Origin: an uncultured Muribaculaceae bacterium
Lineage (GTDB): Bacteria; Bacteroidota; Bacteroidia; Bacteroidales; Muribaculaceae
Length of the DNA: 64,000 nt
NCBI GenBank assembly: GCA_904502025.1
Contig: CAJGDJ010000005.1
Span: 5,002-69,001, forward strand
Reading direction: 5' to 3'
Of the stretch, positions 1 through 10,310 are shown one piece after another. A program made the translations under genes and the position numbers. The notes beneath the pieces were generated by a model. The model was given only the letters and a program-made list of their open reading frames with translations. It did no database searches and was not told the origin of the DNA. Each line of letters opens with the position of its first letter. Position 1 is the stretch's first letter.

Positions 1-518
1 CGCACCTCAGGCAAACCAGGATTAAGATATGTCTTTTCGCCATTTGACAAAAGGATTCCTCTATCTTCTAATGAATTATCTATATCAGTTTTCCAGTTTG
101 TCCCATTATGAGCCCAACGATATGGATTTACCCAAGCATAACAATCAATACCTCGCTTGTGACACTCTTCAACTACAAATGCCAAAGGGTCCCACCCTGG
201 GTTAGTGCCACGAGTGCCTGTGAGATACGACGACCATGGTTCATAACTCGATTGATACATGGCATCACACATCGAGCGAACTTGAAAACAGACCGCATTC
301 ATATTCATCAATTTCAAACCGTTGAGATAGTCAATCATTTCTTGCTTTTGTTGAGCTATTATTTCGGGACTCGTGCCTTTCACTTTTGGCCAGTCAATAT
401 TTGCGACAGTAGCAAGCCATGTTGAACGCCATTCACGTTTTGGCGCATCGGCACTCACACTTACACAAAATGCGATAGCCAATATTGTTGTAACAAGAAA
501 CCTTTTAGCCATAATCAT
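1..518 (-). CDS. Glycosyl-hydrolase-like 10 (GHL10 / YngK-type) secreted protein. Only the N-terminal ~172 codons are present; the rest lies beyond the window start.
   Basis: Not in the ORF track because it runs off the edge. My minus-strand translation from ATG 516-518 reads MIMAKRFLVTTILAIAFCVSVSADAPKREWRSTWLATVANIDWPK...CHKRGIDCYAWVNPYRW. It has a signal peptide and the RxxW[IL]xTVxNIDWP motif I associate with the GHL10 family. Confidence 0.6.
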   Translation of the reverse strand, partial: MIMAKRFLVTTILAIAFCVSVSADAPKREWRSTWLATVANIDWPKVKGTSPEIIAQQKQEMIDYLNGLKLMNMNAVCFQVRSMCDAMYQSSYEPWSSYLTGTRGTNPGWDPLAFVVEECHKRGIDCYAWVNPYRWAHNGTNWKTDIDNSLEDRGILLSNGEKTYLNPGLPEV

Positions 519-531
519 ATCGTTATGACCA

Positions 532-539
532 CAAATATA
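532..539 (-). promoter_or_regulatory. Bacteroidetes -7 box TATATTTG upstream of the GHL10-like gene
   Basis: Matches TAnnTTTG, 13 nt before ATG 518. Confidence 0.5.
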
Positions 540-574
540 GCGTATTTTTTAATCAGACACTTATATTAACTCAT

Positions 575-610
575 AAAAAACAGAGTGTCGGCATTAAAAC
601 ACCGACACTC
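575..610 (-). terminator. Rho-independent terminator after der
   Basis: Stem GAGTGTCGG/CCGACACTC followed by a T-run on the minus strand (A-run 575-581 on plus). Confidence 0.7.
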
Positions 611-632
611 CTCAAAATAAATTTGTCTTATC

Positions 633-1949
633 TTACTTTTCGCGCATGAATACACAAATCGGTGTTCCGGTAAATTCCCAATTTGCACGTATCTTATTTT
701 CAAGATAACGGCGATATGGCTCTTTCACCCATTGTGGGAGGTTACAGAAGAAAATAAACGTTGGCACCGGTGCTCCTTTAAGCATTGTTACATACTTAAT
801 CTTCACATATTTACCCTTATTCGCGGGTGGTGGATATGCCGCAATAGCTTCAAGCATCACATTATTTAATTGTGATGTAGGCACAAGACGAGTGCGATTT
901 TGATATACCTCCACTGCCGTTTCCAACACCTTATAAATGCGTTGTTTTGTCAATGCCGAGGTGAAAATAATAGGAAAATCGGTAAATGGAGCAAAACGTT
1001 CACGAATGGCAGCTTCATAATGCTTAATCGCTTCGAGTGATTTATCTTGCACTAAGTCCCATTTGTTGACACACACCACAAGACCTTTTTTATTTCGTTG
1101 AATCAATGAGAAGATATTAGTATCTTGTGCTTCAATGCCTCGTGTAGCATCAATCATAAGGATACACACATCAGATGCTTCAATAGCTCGAATGCTTCGT
1201 ATTACCGAATAATATTCAATATCTTCGTTGACCTTTGTTTTCTTACGAATACCGGCAGTATCTACAAGATAGAAATCAAACCCAAACTTATTATAGCGAG
1301 TATATATACTATCGCGAGTTGTCCCCGCTATATCGGTTACGATATTGCGTTCTTCGCCAATAAATGAGTTTATCAACGATGATTTACCCGCATTAGGCCT
1401 ACCAACAATAGCAAATTTTGGAATATTCTCAAGCTCTTCTTCAGCCTCTTCGACCTCAGGAAATTTCTTAACCACATCATCAAGGAGGTCGCCTGTTCCA
1501 TAACCACTCATAGCCGACACAGGATATGGATCACCAAGACCTAAACTATAAAATTCGGGTACATTATAAAGCCAATCATTAGAATCGACCTTGTTTGCAA
1601 CCAGAATCACAGGTTTCTTTGATTTACGAAGAATTTCAGCCACATGGTCATCAAGGTCTGTTACACCATTCATGGCATCAACAACAAACAATATCACATC
1701 GGCTTGTTCAATAGCCAACGCCACCTGCTTATTTATCTCACCTTCAAATATATCTTCGGAGTTTACAACCCAACCGCCTGTATCTACGATTGAAAACTCA
1801 CGCCCACCCCAATCTACTTTTCCATATTGGCGGTCGCGAGTAGTACCTGCAGTTTCATCAACGATAGCCTGACGTGATTCGGTCAATCGATTAAACAGCG
1901 TTGATTTACCCACATTGGGGCGTCCTACTATAGCTACAAGTTGTCCCAT
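633..1949 (-). CDS. der: Ribosome-associated GTPase Der/EngA
   Basis: Two tandem GTPase domains, each with [17 protein letters not shown]1 and DTGG/DTAG G3 motifs, plus a C-terminal KH-like domain. 438 aa. Confidence 0.95.
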   Translation of the reverse strand: MGQLVAIVGRPNVGKSTLFNRLTESRQAIVDETAGTTRDRQYGKVDWGGREFSIVDTGGWVVNSEDIFEGEINKQVALAIEQADVILFVVDAMNGVTDLDDHVAEILRKSKKPVILVANKVDSNDWLYNVPEFYSLGLGDPYPVSAMSGYGTGDLLDDVVKKFPEVEEAEEELENIPKFAIVGRPNAGKSSLINSFIGEERNIVTDIAGTTRDSIYTRYNKFGFDFYLVDTAGIRKKTKVNEDIEYYSVIRSIRAIEASDVCILMIDATRGIEAQDTNIFSLIQRNKKGLVVCVNKWDLVQDKSLEAIKHYEAAIRERFAPFTDFPIIFTSALTKQRIYKVLETAVEVYQNRTRLVPTSQLNNVMLEAIAAYPPPANKGKYVKIKYVTMLKGAPVPTFIFFCNLPQWVKEPYRRYLENKIRANWEFTGTPICVFMREK

Positions 1950-2020
1950 ATTTCTATATTACTTATAGTTTTTCAATTATTAGTTACAAATATAATCATT
2001 TTATGTGAAAGGCTATCATT

Positions 2021-2911
2021 TTATTCCATATAACCAAACGAGCGTAATTTATTTTCTCGATTCCTCCAATTTGGCTCTACCTTTACAAACATTTCAAGAT
2101 AAATACGTTTGCCAAAGAATGTTGCAATATCTTTGCGAGCATCTATACCTACTTTCTTGAGCATAGACCCTCCTCTTCCGATAATTATACCCTTTTGACT
2201 ATCACGTTCCACATATATCACAGCCATTATATGAATCGCCTCATCGCTTTCATCAAATTTTTCCACAATAACCTCAACCGAATATGGCACCTCTTTATCA
2301 TAGTTCAGGAGTATTTTTTCTCGAATAATTTCAGTTACAAAAAATCGAGCCGGCTTATCGGTTAACGCATCTTTTCCAAAATAAGGGGGACACTCTGGCA
2401 ACAATTCAACAATTCGTGCCATAAGATTTTTTACATTAAAATGTTCCTTGGCCGATGTTGGAAATATTTCGGCGTTTGGCAATCGTTCCTTCCATCGCGT
2501 TACGATTTGCACCAAATCATCTTGTCCTTTTAGTAAATCGATTTTGTTGATAACCAACAACACCGGAATTTTCTCTTTCGCTACTTTTGCAAGAAAATCT
2601 GCATTCTTCTCCGGATCCTCCACCACATCGGTTACATATAAAAGCACATCGGCATCGGTTAAAGCACCCTCCGAAAAGTCAAGCATACTTTTTTGAAGTT
2701 TGTATTTAGGCGACAATACTCCGGGAGTATCAGAAAATACAATTTGATACTCTTCAGTATTCACAATCCCCATAATGCGATGACGAGTAGTCTGTGCTTT
2801 TGCTGTAATAATACTCACACGCTCTCCCACCAAGTCATTCATCAATGTTGATTTTCCCACATTAGGGTTACCCACAATATTTACGAAACCGGCTCTGTGC
2901 TCGTTGGTCAT
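2021..2911 (-). CDS. era: GTPase Era
   Basis: G1 GNPNVGKST, G3 DTPG, G4 NKID and a C-terminal KH domain. Adjacent to der. Confidence 0.95.
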   Translation of the reverse strand: MTNEHRAGFVNIVGNPNVGKSTLMNDLVGERVSIITAKAQTTRHRIMGIVNTEEYQIVFSDTPGVLSPKYKLQKSMLDFSEGALTDADVLLYVTDVVEDPEKNADFLAKVAKEKIPVLLVINKIDLLKGQDDLVQIVTRWKERLPNAEIFPTSAKEHFNVKNLMARIVELLPECPPYFGKDALTDKPARFFVTEIIREKILLNYDKEVPYSVEVIVEKFDESDEAIHIMAVIYVERDSQKGIIIGRGGSMLKKVGIDARKDIATFFGKRIYLEMFVKVEPNWRNRENKLRSFGYME

Positions 2912-2950
2912 AATCGTTATGCTTTAAGTAATTTATATCTATACTCTCCA

Positions 2951-3014
2951 AACACAAAATAAACACGAAAATAGCCCTATTATCACCCTTTGATGACCTT
3001 GCTATTTTCGTGTT
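2951..3014 (-). terminator. Hairpin terminator after fabH
   Basis: 14-bp perfect stem AACACGAAAATAGC/GCTATTTTCGTGTT with a 25-nt loop, followed on the minus strand by TTTATTTTGTGTTT. Confidence 0.6.
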
Positions 3015-3057
3015 AATATATTGCCTTGAAAGAAGAGTCCTTTAATCAATTAATTTA

Positions 3058-4038
3058 TTAAATATCCCAAATCACGTACATTGCACCCCAAGTAAATCCG
3101 GCACCAAATGCAGTTAGGATAAGTTTATCTCCCTTTTTAATTTTATCTTTATATTCATCTAAACACAACGGTATTGAGGCTGCACTCGTGTTTCCATAAT
3201 GTTCTATATTTACAAGTACTTTTGAAGGGTCAACTCCGGCACGCCCAGCGACTGCCTCAATAATACGCAAATTAGCTTGATGAGGAATAAACCAATCAAT
3301 TGAATTCATACATAATCCATTACGTGTTACGACCTCAATTGACGAATCAAGCATATTTGTTACCGCATGTTTATAAACGTTGCGACCGTCTTGGTACACA
3401 TAATGTTCCCCGGCATCAATCGATTCATGCGAAGCCGGTTTAACTGAACCTCCGGCTTTCATCAACAAATGCTCCACATGGCTTTCTACTCGAAATACAC
3501 CATCGATAACTCCCACATTCTCATTGGTTGGTTCAACCAAAACTGCAGCTGCAGCATCGCCAAAAAGGGGGCAAGTGGTGCGGTCGGAATAGTTTACCAT
3601 CGATGACATTTTTTCAGTTGCCACAACAACAACCTTTTTATACATTCCTGAGCGAATATAGGCTGTAGCATCTTGAAGAGCCACAAGGAATCCGGTACAT
3701 GCAGCTTGAATATCGTATGAATACGCATTTTTCACTCCACAACCACCAGCAATAATCGAACCTGTTGAAGGAAATCTATAATCAGGATTTGAAGTTGCAC
3801 AAATCAACAAATCAACATCATCTGGATTAGTTGAAGTTGACTCAATCAATTTATTAACAGCATTTATGCCCATAAAAGAAGAACCTACGCCCTCTTTCTT
3901 CAAAATATGACGTTCTTTGATTCCTACTCTTGTAGTAATCCATTCGTCGCTTGTATCAACCATCCTTGACAACATCTCGTTGTCAAGGATATCTTCCGGA
4001 ACATAAGATGCAATACCGGCAATTCTTGCGTTAACCAT
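3058..4038 (-). CDS. fabH: 3-oxoacyl-ACP synthase III (KAS III)
   Basis: Thiolase-like motifs AACTGF (active Cys), IPHQANLRI and YGNTSAAS. Start moved to ATG 4036-4038 (MVNARIAG...), inside the longer track ORF. Confidence 0.9.
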   Translation of the reverse strand: MVNARIAGIASYVPEDILDNEMLSRMVDTSDEWITTRVGIKERHILKKEGVGSSFMGINAVNKLIESTSTNPDDVDLLICATSNPDYRFPSTGSIIAGGCGVKNAYSYDIQAACTGFLVALQDATAYIRSGMYKKVVVVATEKMSSMVNYSDRTTCPLFGDAAAAVLVEPTNENVGVIDGVFRVESHVEHLLMKAGGSVKPASHESIDAGEHYVYQDGRNVYKHAVTNMLDSSIEVVTRNGLCMNSIDWFIPHQANLRIIEAVAGRAGVDPSKVLVNIEHYGNTSAASIPLCLDEYKDKIKKGDKLILTAFGAGFTWGAMYVIWDI

Positions 4039-4138
4039 AAAATCGGTTTTGTTTGACTTATAAAAATGCAAAACATCTCCTAAATAAAAAAATATTCAGG
4101 AGATATATATGTTCATAGGGAATCTCCCTGTCGCTTGA

Positions 4139-4324
4139 TTAAACAGCAGCGTTCTTTTCAATAGCGACTTTACCACGGTAGTAGCCACATTCGCCACATA
4201 CTGTGTGATATACATGCCATGCACCACAATTAGGGCAGATAGCAAGTGTAGGAGCAACTGCTTTGTCGTGAGTTCTACGTTTTGCAGTTCTTGTCTTTGA
4301 TTGTTTTCGTTTAGGATGTGCCAT
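4139..4324 (-). CDS. rpmF: 50S ribosomal protein L32
   Basis: 61 aa starting MAHPKRKQSKTRTAKRRTH, with a CPNCG...CGECG zinc ribbon. Shows the conserved yceD-rpmF linkage. Confidence 0.9.
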   Translation of the reverse strand: MAHPKRKQSKTRTAKRRTHDKAVAPTLAICPNCGAWHVYHTVCGECGYYRGKVAIEKNAAV

Positions 4325-4341
4325 TTTATTTAATTATTTTA

Positions 4342-4878
4342 TTAATTGTTTTCACTTAATTCTTTTAGTTTTGCCCATCGTGGGTCAATTGCTTGTTCTT
4401 CTTCTGATTCAAGTTCCACACCTACGCCCACTTGATGTTTTCGCAACACTTCACTCATTGACTCATTGCATTCTCCATCGGAGTGTACGTGCATTATAGG
4501 TATCTCCAAAGATACTGTATCATAAATTAAATCAGCAACATTAAAGTAGTTCTCATTTTCAGGGATTTCAAGCACCTCATCAGAGTCATCACAATATTCA
4601 TCGCCATATTTCACTACAATGTGATATTCAACATCTACCGGTTGTTGCATATAATCAAGGCAACGATCACAAATAAGCGTCATTTCTCCCTTTATATCAA
4701 AATTAAGGTCGTAAATATCGCCTTTGTGGATTACCGATAGCTTCACATTTAAGTCGGCATCTTGAATATCAGAACTTTCCATTTCAGTGAAAAATTCCTT
4801 ACCTAAATGATACTCAAAACTTTGAGTTCCAATAGGCATACTCTTTAGCGGTAGCTTAAATTCTGAAAACTGTCCCAC
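4342..4878 (-). CDS. yceD: DUF177 / YceD-family protein (large-subunit rRNA accumulation protein)
   Basis: Acidic 178-aa protein with a CDRC motif, immediately upstream of rpmF. The ORF begins with GTG (4876-4878). Confidence 0.75.
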   Translation of the reverse strand: MGQFSEFKLPLKSMPIGTQSFEYHLGKEFFTEMESSDIQDADLNVKLSVIHKGDIYDLNFDIKGEMTLICDRCLDYMQQPVDVEYHIVVKYGDEYCDDSDEVLEIPENENYFNVADLIYDTVSLEIPIMHVHSDGECNESMSEVLRKHQVGVGVELESEEEQAIDPRWAKLKELSENN

Positions 4879-4902
4879 TTAATATTGTTTGAAAAAACTG
4901 TG

Positions 4903-4910
4903 CAAAGTTA
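4903..4910 (-). promoter_or_regulatory. -7 box TAACTTTG for the yceD-rpmF-fabH operon
   Basis: TAnnTTTG, 24 nt upstream of the yceD start. Confidence 0.55.
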
Positions 4911-4962
4911 GCTAATATCTTCTTAATTGACAACTTTTAGACAAAATATTTCAATCTTTGTC

Positions 4963-6612
4963 CTATTTTTGCCCTATTTGAGGCTCTATTACTTGGAGAC
5001 GGTCGCCGGTTTCATCTACAATGGTGCGATGATAACGATCATCATACCCCGGGAATTGAGGATACACAGGCATTCCATACTGAGAACGCTCAAACCTTCC
5101 ATTCTTCTCTTTTTTCACATTACCATCGAGATATTTAACCAACAAATAGTCGCCTAACTCTTTATATTTTACCACATATTTTTTTGACCAAATATTAGAG
5201 AGATCTTGCAATAGCTTTGAAGATACCGCCGGAGCAAACTCGGCAATCTCTCGTTCTATCATATTAACATCGGCAGCAATCGAATCCTCCAATGCCGTCT
5301 GCACTTTTCTCACATCATCAATCATCAACGAATAGCGTTGATACGTTTGATTCGACACATAATTAGTTACCCAAAATGCAGCGTCCCACGACAAGTTATA
5401 CATATCGCCATTCCCCACTGCAAATTCATGAGGAACAGTTGTCGTACAATTATAAAACGGCACATAAACACACGTATTTGCATCATCTACACCAAACCAT
5501 AAAATTGTTTTCATATAATCGGGCTTGTCGTTTCGCAATTGAGCCACCAATGAAAAACCGGTTTGTTGTGTAGCGATAGCTCGTTCATGAGTGTATGTTT
5601 TACCATCTACCTTATAAGTCAACGGACGCCAACGATAAGGCAACTTAAATGGTCCGGCACCAATATCTTGTGTCATATCGAGTGGCGTGCCCTCAAAGTG
5701 GTCTCGCATCATATTTTGCATATCTCTAACCCCCACTTTGCGAGTTGGCTTAACCCAAAGAGGCAACACTTCGCCCTCTCCTTTAAGAATCCATGGCAAA
5801 TAAGAGTCCATACCATCGGCAAAACGATTATAATAGCTCCACACACGAGCATCGCAACCTCGCAATGCACTTGCATCGGTAATTGCGTATGCCAAAGAGA
5901 AACTAAACTCTTCATCTTTACCATTAAAATATCCCTGCTTACGAGCAAACTTAATTACATCGGGAGAATAAATGCAATTTTCCTTATCTTTTAATGGGAA
6001 ACGATGTATGCGAGAGTGGTTGGCATGACCTGAGATACAATCATCGGGCACACGAATAGCAACCCACACCGCTCCTTTTTCTTTTCCACCTTTACCTATA
6101 AGCTCCATTATCCACACCTCATTAGGATCGGCAATAGTAAATGATTCACCTGAGCTTGCATAGCCATAATCTCTAACTAAATTAGTCATTACCGTAATAG
6201 CCTCACGAGCAGTCTTTGCCCTTTGAAGTGATATGTATATCAATGAACCATAATCGATAATTCCGGTCGTATCAACAAGTTCTTCACGACCACCCCATGT
6301 GCTTTCCACAATCACAAGCCCATGTTCATTCATATTACCTATTGTGCGATAAGTGTGAGCGACTTCGGGAATTTCGCCCAAAAATTTACCGGTGTCCCAC
6401 TCTATCACTTTTCGCATTGTTCCCGAAGGGTAATCAGCTGCCGGTTGATTATACAACTCTCCATACAATGTATGACTATCGGCAGCATACGTAACTAACG
6501 CACTTCCGTCGGGCGTCGCAGCTTTACCGGCTATAAGCCCGGTACAAGCATTTGCATCTACAGCCGAAACTAATAATATTGCTACTAAAACAATAATTGA
6601 TTTGATTCTCAT
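4963..6612 (-). CDS. Peptidase family C69 dipeptidase, secreted
   Basis: A signal peptide is followed by the ...NACTGLIAGK nucleophile Cys typical of C69. 549 aa. Confidence 0.75.
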   Translation of the reverse strand: MRIKSIIVLVAILLVSAVDANACTGLIAGKAATPDGSALVTYAADSHTLYGELYNQPAADYPSGTMRKVIEWDTGKFLGEIPEVAHTYRTIGNMNEHGLVIVESTWGGREELVDTTGIIDYGSLIYISLQRAKTAREAITVMTNLVRDYGYASSGESFTIADPNEVWIMELIGKGGKEKGAVWVAIRVPDDCISGHANHSRIHRFPLKDKENCIYSPDVIKFARKQGYFNGKDEEFSFSLAYAITDASALRGCDARVWSYYNRFADGMDSYLPWILKGEGEVLPLWVKPTRKVGVRDMQNMMRDHFEGTPLDMTQDIGAGPFKLPYRWRPLTYKVDGKTYTHERAIATQQTGFSLVAQLRNDKPDYMKTILWFGVDDANTCVYVPFYNCTTTVPHEFAVGNGDMYNLSWDAAFWVTNYVSNQTYQRYSLMIDDVRKVQTALEDSIAADVNMIEREIAEFAPAVSSKLLQDLSNIWSKKYVVKYKELGDYLLVKYLDGNVKKEKNGRFERSQYGMPVYPQFPGYDDRYHRTIVDETGDRLQVIEPQIGQK

Positions 6613-6625
6613 AATTTATTTTTAT

Positions 6626-9600
6626 TTATTTTACTTCTAATATTTTTCCTTTATCTACATACCACAAAAAGCCCCTCACATTTTCATGACCCATATCAAT
6701 AAGATGTTTCATGTATTCTTTAACTTGGTCTTTATAATCTTCTGACTCTTCTCCAAATTTATAATCAACCACATCAATCGTACCTTCTGCTGTCCATACT
6801 ATACGATCGGGGCGTGTATGTTTTGCATCTTTTTTAAGACATATCGAACGCTCATTTACAACCTTTCTATATCCTTCAAACCATTTCAACACCCTCTCAT
6901 CAGAAAAGGCTCTCGATAACATCACATACATTTCATCAAGCTCTTGGTCTGATATATTATTTCGATACCCTTGTCGCTTTAACGCCAATTGCAAATCTGA
7001 CAAATGATACACATGCTCCATTACCCTATGCAAAAAGACTCCTCTATTTTTTGCATCTTCAATCTGACCGTCATCTTCCATCTCGGTTAATTTCCAAAGA
7101 TCATCACGGTCAGCCGAGATATAAGGCGAAGCTTCGCGTTCAAAAACCACTTCGGCCGGTGGTATTTTTTTCTCTTCGTCTTTCTGTGCCACTGTCGGCT
7201 CACCAATTTCAAACACGCTTTTTTTATCGGCCGAATTTAGCGGAATATACAGTTCTCCTTTGGCTCCACTATGATATTCGGTTAATGATGCACAATAATC
7301 GGGAGAAGCAACCTCAAATGCTTCATATATTGCCGTCGAGATACTATTCTTTTCTGTTTTACCCGTAACCATACAATTAACGCATAATTCATCGATGGCA
7401 CGCGTAAATGCTACATACGTAACATTAATAGTATCAACTTTTTCAGCTCTTAGATTTTGTTCATATTGATACTTCAAAGGTGTATCCTCAAGGCTTTTTG
7501 TGTTTTTAAGTGCAAACACAGGTGGTATTAATTCTCCATCAATACCATCGATTGCAACACTGTCAAACCAACGATAATCAGCTTTTTTAGGATCATCAGT
7601 AATAGGCCAATTTGCAATAGGAATATGCACACACTTAAATTCCAACCCTTTTGATTTATGAATGGTCATCACTCTAATGGCATCAACATCGGTCGATGAA
7701 GCCAAATAGTGGCTCGACGAGCTATCCCACCAACGAAGAAACGAATTAACATCATGACTTCCTCGCGAACAAAAATCCAACACTTCGTCTTGAAATGCTG
7801 TTATAAACGCAATATCACGCATTCGCAAATCTTCGGGGATATAACGCACTATTATTCGTTCAACCAAAGTTGGCAAACTCACATGTTCTATCTGCTCAAC
7901 CTCATCAATCAATTTATCGACATCGGACGAATCTCCATTTATGGCTTTATTCAATGCTTCATTAGGTTCTACACCCCTATTTGTATAAAGCACATAACTA
8001 TGTAGAATTTGATTAAACCGACGTTTTGACATATATCGTGACCCACCCTCAATATCGCTACTCAACAATCGCAACACACTGATAATTAGTTTTACCATTG
8101 GCGATGAGTCAACTTTGAGAGCTCCATCTGATATAATATTTATCTTTGGAAAATCGACTTCGGGGTCAACCATCAAATCCATTAAATAATTAATCGCACT
8201 TTCGCCATCATTTCCGTTGCGAACAAGTATTGCAATATCTTTTTGTTGGTATCCCGAATCCAACTGCCGTTTTATATCGACAGCCATCTTTTCAAATGAT
8301 TTCAGTTTTTTATCATCATCGTCATCAATAAACTCAAACTTCACATACCCACGATGATTCTCATGTTTTTCCGACACTTGCTGTGTTATATTTGAATACT
8401 CGTCCTCCACATCAAGTATATATGACAAAGCCGAGAACAGTGTGTTATTAAATTTCACAACCTCTGCCGAACTTCGCCAATTTGTATTTTCCTTCACATC
8501 GACTCCTCGCTCATTTATTTGACCGGTAAAATCATTTGCCACTTGATTTTGCAACAATGAAGGGTCGGAATTTCGAAAACGATAAATACATTGTTTAACA
8601 TCACCAATAATGAGATTGTCATTATCCTGCGAAAGACTTTCAGAAACAAGAGGGTTAATATTTTGCCATTGCAAACGCGAGGTATCTTGAAACTCATCAA
8701 TCAAAAAATGATTTAACCTCACCCCCATTCGTTCATATATAAATGGAGCTTCATCTTCACTAATGATACGTTGCAACAAATCATTAGTGTCCGACAAAAG
8801 TATTAAATTATTATTTTCCCGAAACTCCTTAATAAATCTCATTGTGTCACCAATCAGCCCCAAGCCATAAATATTTTTGCGTATTAACGCCAAAAACTTC
8901 AATCGAGGTATCAGCTCAACAATTCGCTCTATCGCCGACTGAACAGCCTCTTCAACCTCTTGCGACACTATATAACCTTTCTTAAATATCGGTTTTTCAT
9001 GATTGGCAACCCCCTTAATGGTATTTGACAAGTCAATATCGTCTATTTTTTGGTTAAGAATATCCTGCCATTTTATTATCGGAGTTTTCACATGATGCTG
9101 CATACCCGCAACATCATCTTCACTTAATAGCTTAAATATGTTTTCCGCTGTATTTTTTATCACATTTCGAGTTACCCCTATTTGCTTTTTCAACTGCTCC
9201 TCAAATCTCACAATTCGGGTAGGGTCATCAAAATATGATTCCACATCATTGTTTAATCGCAACCTAAACTGCTCGTCGGATAATTTCTTGATAAATCGCA
9301 ATAAATCGCCATATATCTGCGACTTACGATTAAACAAATTAAAACTACCTCCCTCCTCTATTTTTTGCATCATAAACTGTCGCAACCATTCAGCCAAAAG
9401 CTTTGAGCGAGAGTCATTTCGATAGTTTATCGCATTAAACAACTCATTCACACCTGAGGAAATGGCAAATGAATCATCTAATTCCACTTCATAATTTCCG
9501 GTAAGGTCGACTTCAAATGCAAACGTACGCAACACATTTTGAAAGAAGGCATCGATTGTGCTTACATTGAAAAAAGTGTAATCAAACAGCAATTGTCCTA

Positions 9601-9925
9601 ATACAGTTTCGGCAGTTGCCTTTAACTCATCTTTAGTGCATTCAAAAAGACTCAATAAATCTTTTAGATAAGGACTTTTTTCGCCCCCCATAGCAGGCAA
9701 CTCGGCAATTATAGCAAGTTCCTTTATGATGCGACGTTTCATTTCATCAGTCGCCTTATTCGTAAAAGTTATGGCAAGAACATCTTGATGCTCCTCTTGA
9801 GGATTTTTATTAAGCCTATACTTTCCGGTATTATGATCTTTATAACCCAACACCAACTTTATATACTCGTATGCAAGAGTATATGTCTTTCCCGACCCCG
9901 CCGATGCTTTATAAACCGTAAGCAT
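6626..9925 (-). CDS. UvrD/Rep-type helicase fused to a PD-(D/E)XK nuclease (AddA/RecB-like)
   Basis: Walker A ASAGSGKTYTL at the N-terminus, a DEFQDTS helicase motif, and a C-terminal RPDRIV...IDVVDYKFG nuclease motif. 1099 aa. Confidence 0.85.
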   Translation of the reverse strand: MLTVYKASAGSGKTYTLAYEYIKLVLGYKDHNTGKYRLNKNPQEEHQDVLAITFTNKATDEMKRRIIKELAIIAELPAMGGEKSPYLKDLLSLFECTKDELKATAETVLGQLLFDYTFFNVSTIDAFFQNVLRTFAFEVDLTGNYEVELDDSFAISSGVNELFNAINYRNDSRSKLLAEWLRQFMMQKIEEGGSFNLFNRKSQIYGDLLRFIKKLSDEQFRLRLNNDVESYFDDPTRIVRFEEQLKKQIGVTRNVIKNTAENIFKLLSEDDVAGMQHHVKTPIIKWQDILNQKIDDIDLSNTIKGVANHEKPIFKKGYIVSQEVEEAVQSAIERIVELIPRLKFLALIRKNIYGLGLIGDTMRFIKEFRENNNLILLSDTNDLLQRIISEDEAPFIYERMGVRLNHFLIDEFQDTSRLQWQNINPLVSESLSQDNDNLIIGDVKQCIYRFRNSDPSLLQNQVANDFTGQINERGVDVKENTNWRSSAEVVKFNNTLFSALSYILDVEDEYSNITQQVSEKHENHRGYVKFEFIDDDDDKKLKSFEKMAVDIKRQLDSGYQQKDIAILVRNGNDGESAINYLMDLMVDPEVDFPKINIISDGALKVDSSPMVKLIISVLRLLSSDIEGGSRYMSKRRFNQILHSYVLYTNRGVEPNEALNKAINGDSSDVDKLIDEVEQIEHVSLPTLVERIIVRYIPEDLRMRDIAFITAFQDEVLDFCSRGSHDVNSFLRWWDSSSSHYLASSTDVDAIRVMTIHKSKGLEFKCVHIPIANWPITDDPKKADYRWFDSVAIDGIDGELIPPVFALKNTKSLEDTPLKYQYEQNLRAEKVDTINVTYVAFTRAIDELCVNCMVTGKTEKNSISTAIYEAFEVASPDYCASLTEYHSGAKGELYIPLNSADKKSVFEIGEPTVAQKDEEKKIPPAEVVFEREASPYISADRDDLWKLTEMEDDGQIEDAKNRGVFLHRVMEHVYHLSDLQLALKRQGYRNNISDQELDEMYVMLSRAFSDERVLKWFEGYRKVVNERSICLKKDAKHTRPDRIVWTAEGTIDVVDYKFGEESEDYKDQVKEYMKHLIDMGHENVRGFLWYVDKGKILEVK

Positions 9926-9953
9926 AGTTTTTCGACATTCTAAAATTAGGCAA

Positions 9954-10298
9954 TTATATTATTCGAGCTTTATAGCCTTGCTTTGTAAGGAAATTCAACA
10001 CAGCATCACGCTTGTCGCCTTGAATCAGAATCTCGCCACCACGAGCCGACCCTCCTGTTCCAAGCGATGCTTTCATTTTGCTTGCCAATGCCGACACCTC
10101 GTCATCATTGATAGCAAATCCGGTTACTATCGTTGCCACCTTTCCGCCTCTACCCTTCTTTTCAAGAATTATATCAAGGCGTGGTTGCTTCGTTGATGTT
10201 TTTTCGTCGTTTTCCACAGTTGAATCTTCCCCTTGAGGCAAATCGGGATTCGAATCAAGAAAAGCCTGCAAGCCGGCTTGCCAATCATTCATTTTCAT
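9954..10298 (-). CDS. SUI1/eIF1-family translation initiation factor homolog (YciH-like)
   Basis: 114 aa. The C-terminal part, GGKVATIVTGF...LGTGGS...ILIQGD, resembles the SUI1 fold signature. Confidence 0.75.
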   Translation of the reverse strand: MKMNDWQAGLQAFLDSNPDLPQGEDSTVENDEKTSTKQPRLDIILEKKGRGGKVATIVTGFAINDDEVSALASKMKASLGTGGSARGGEILIQGDKRDAVLNFLTKQGYKARII

Positions 10299-10310
10299 TT
10301 GTTGACTTTT

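Noticed and set aside
108-425. 105-aa plus-strand ORF at the window start
   Set aside because: It is antisense to the clearly homologous GHL10-like gene on the minus strand, and its W/H/I-rich shadow composition supports that.
6626-9925. UvrD-like helicase-nuclease as an anti-phage defence gene
   Set aside because: There are no accompanying defence-type genes (methylase, ATPase, toxin, Sir2/TIR and so on) and no mobile-element context. The architecture matches recombination-repair AddA/RecB. It is kept only as a low-interest note.
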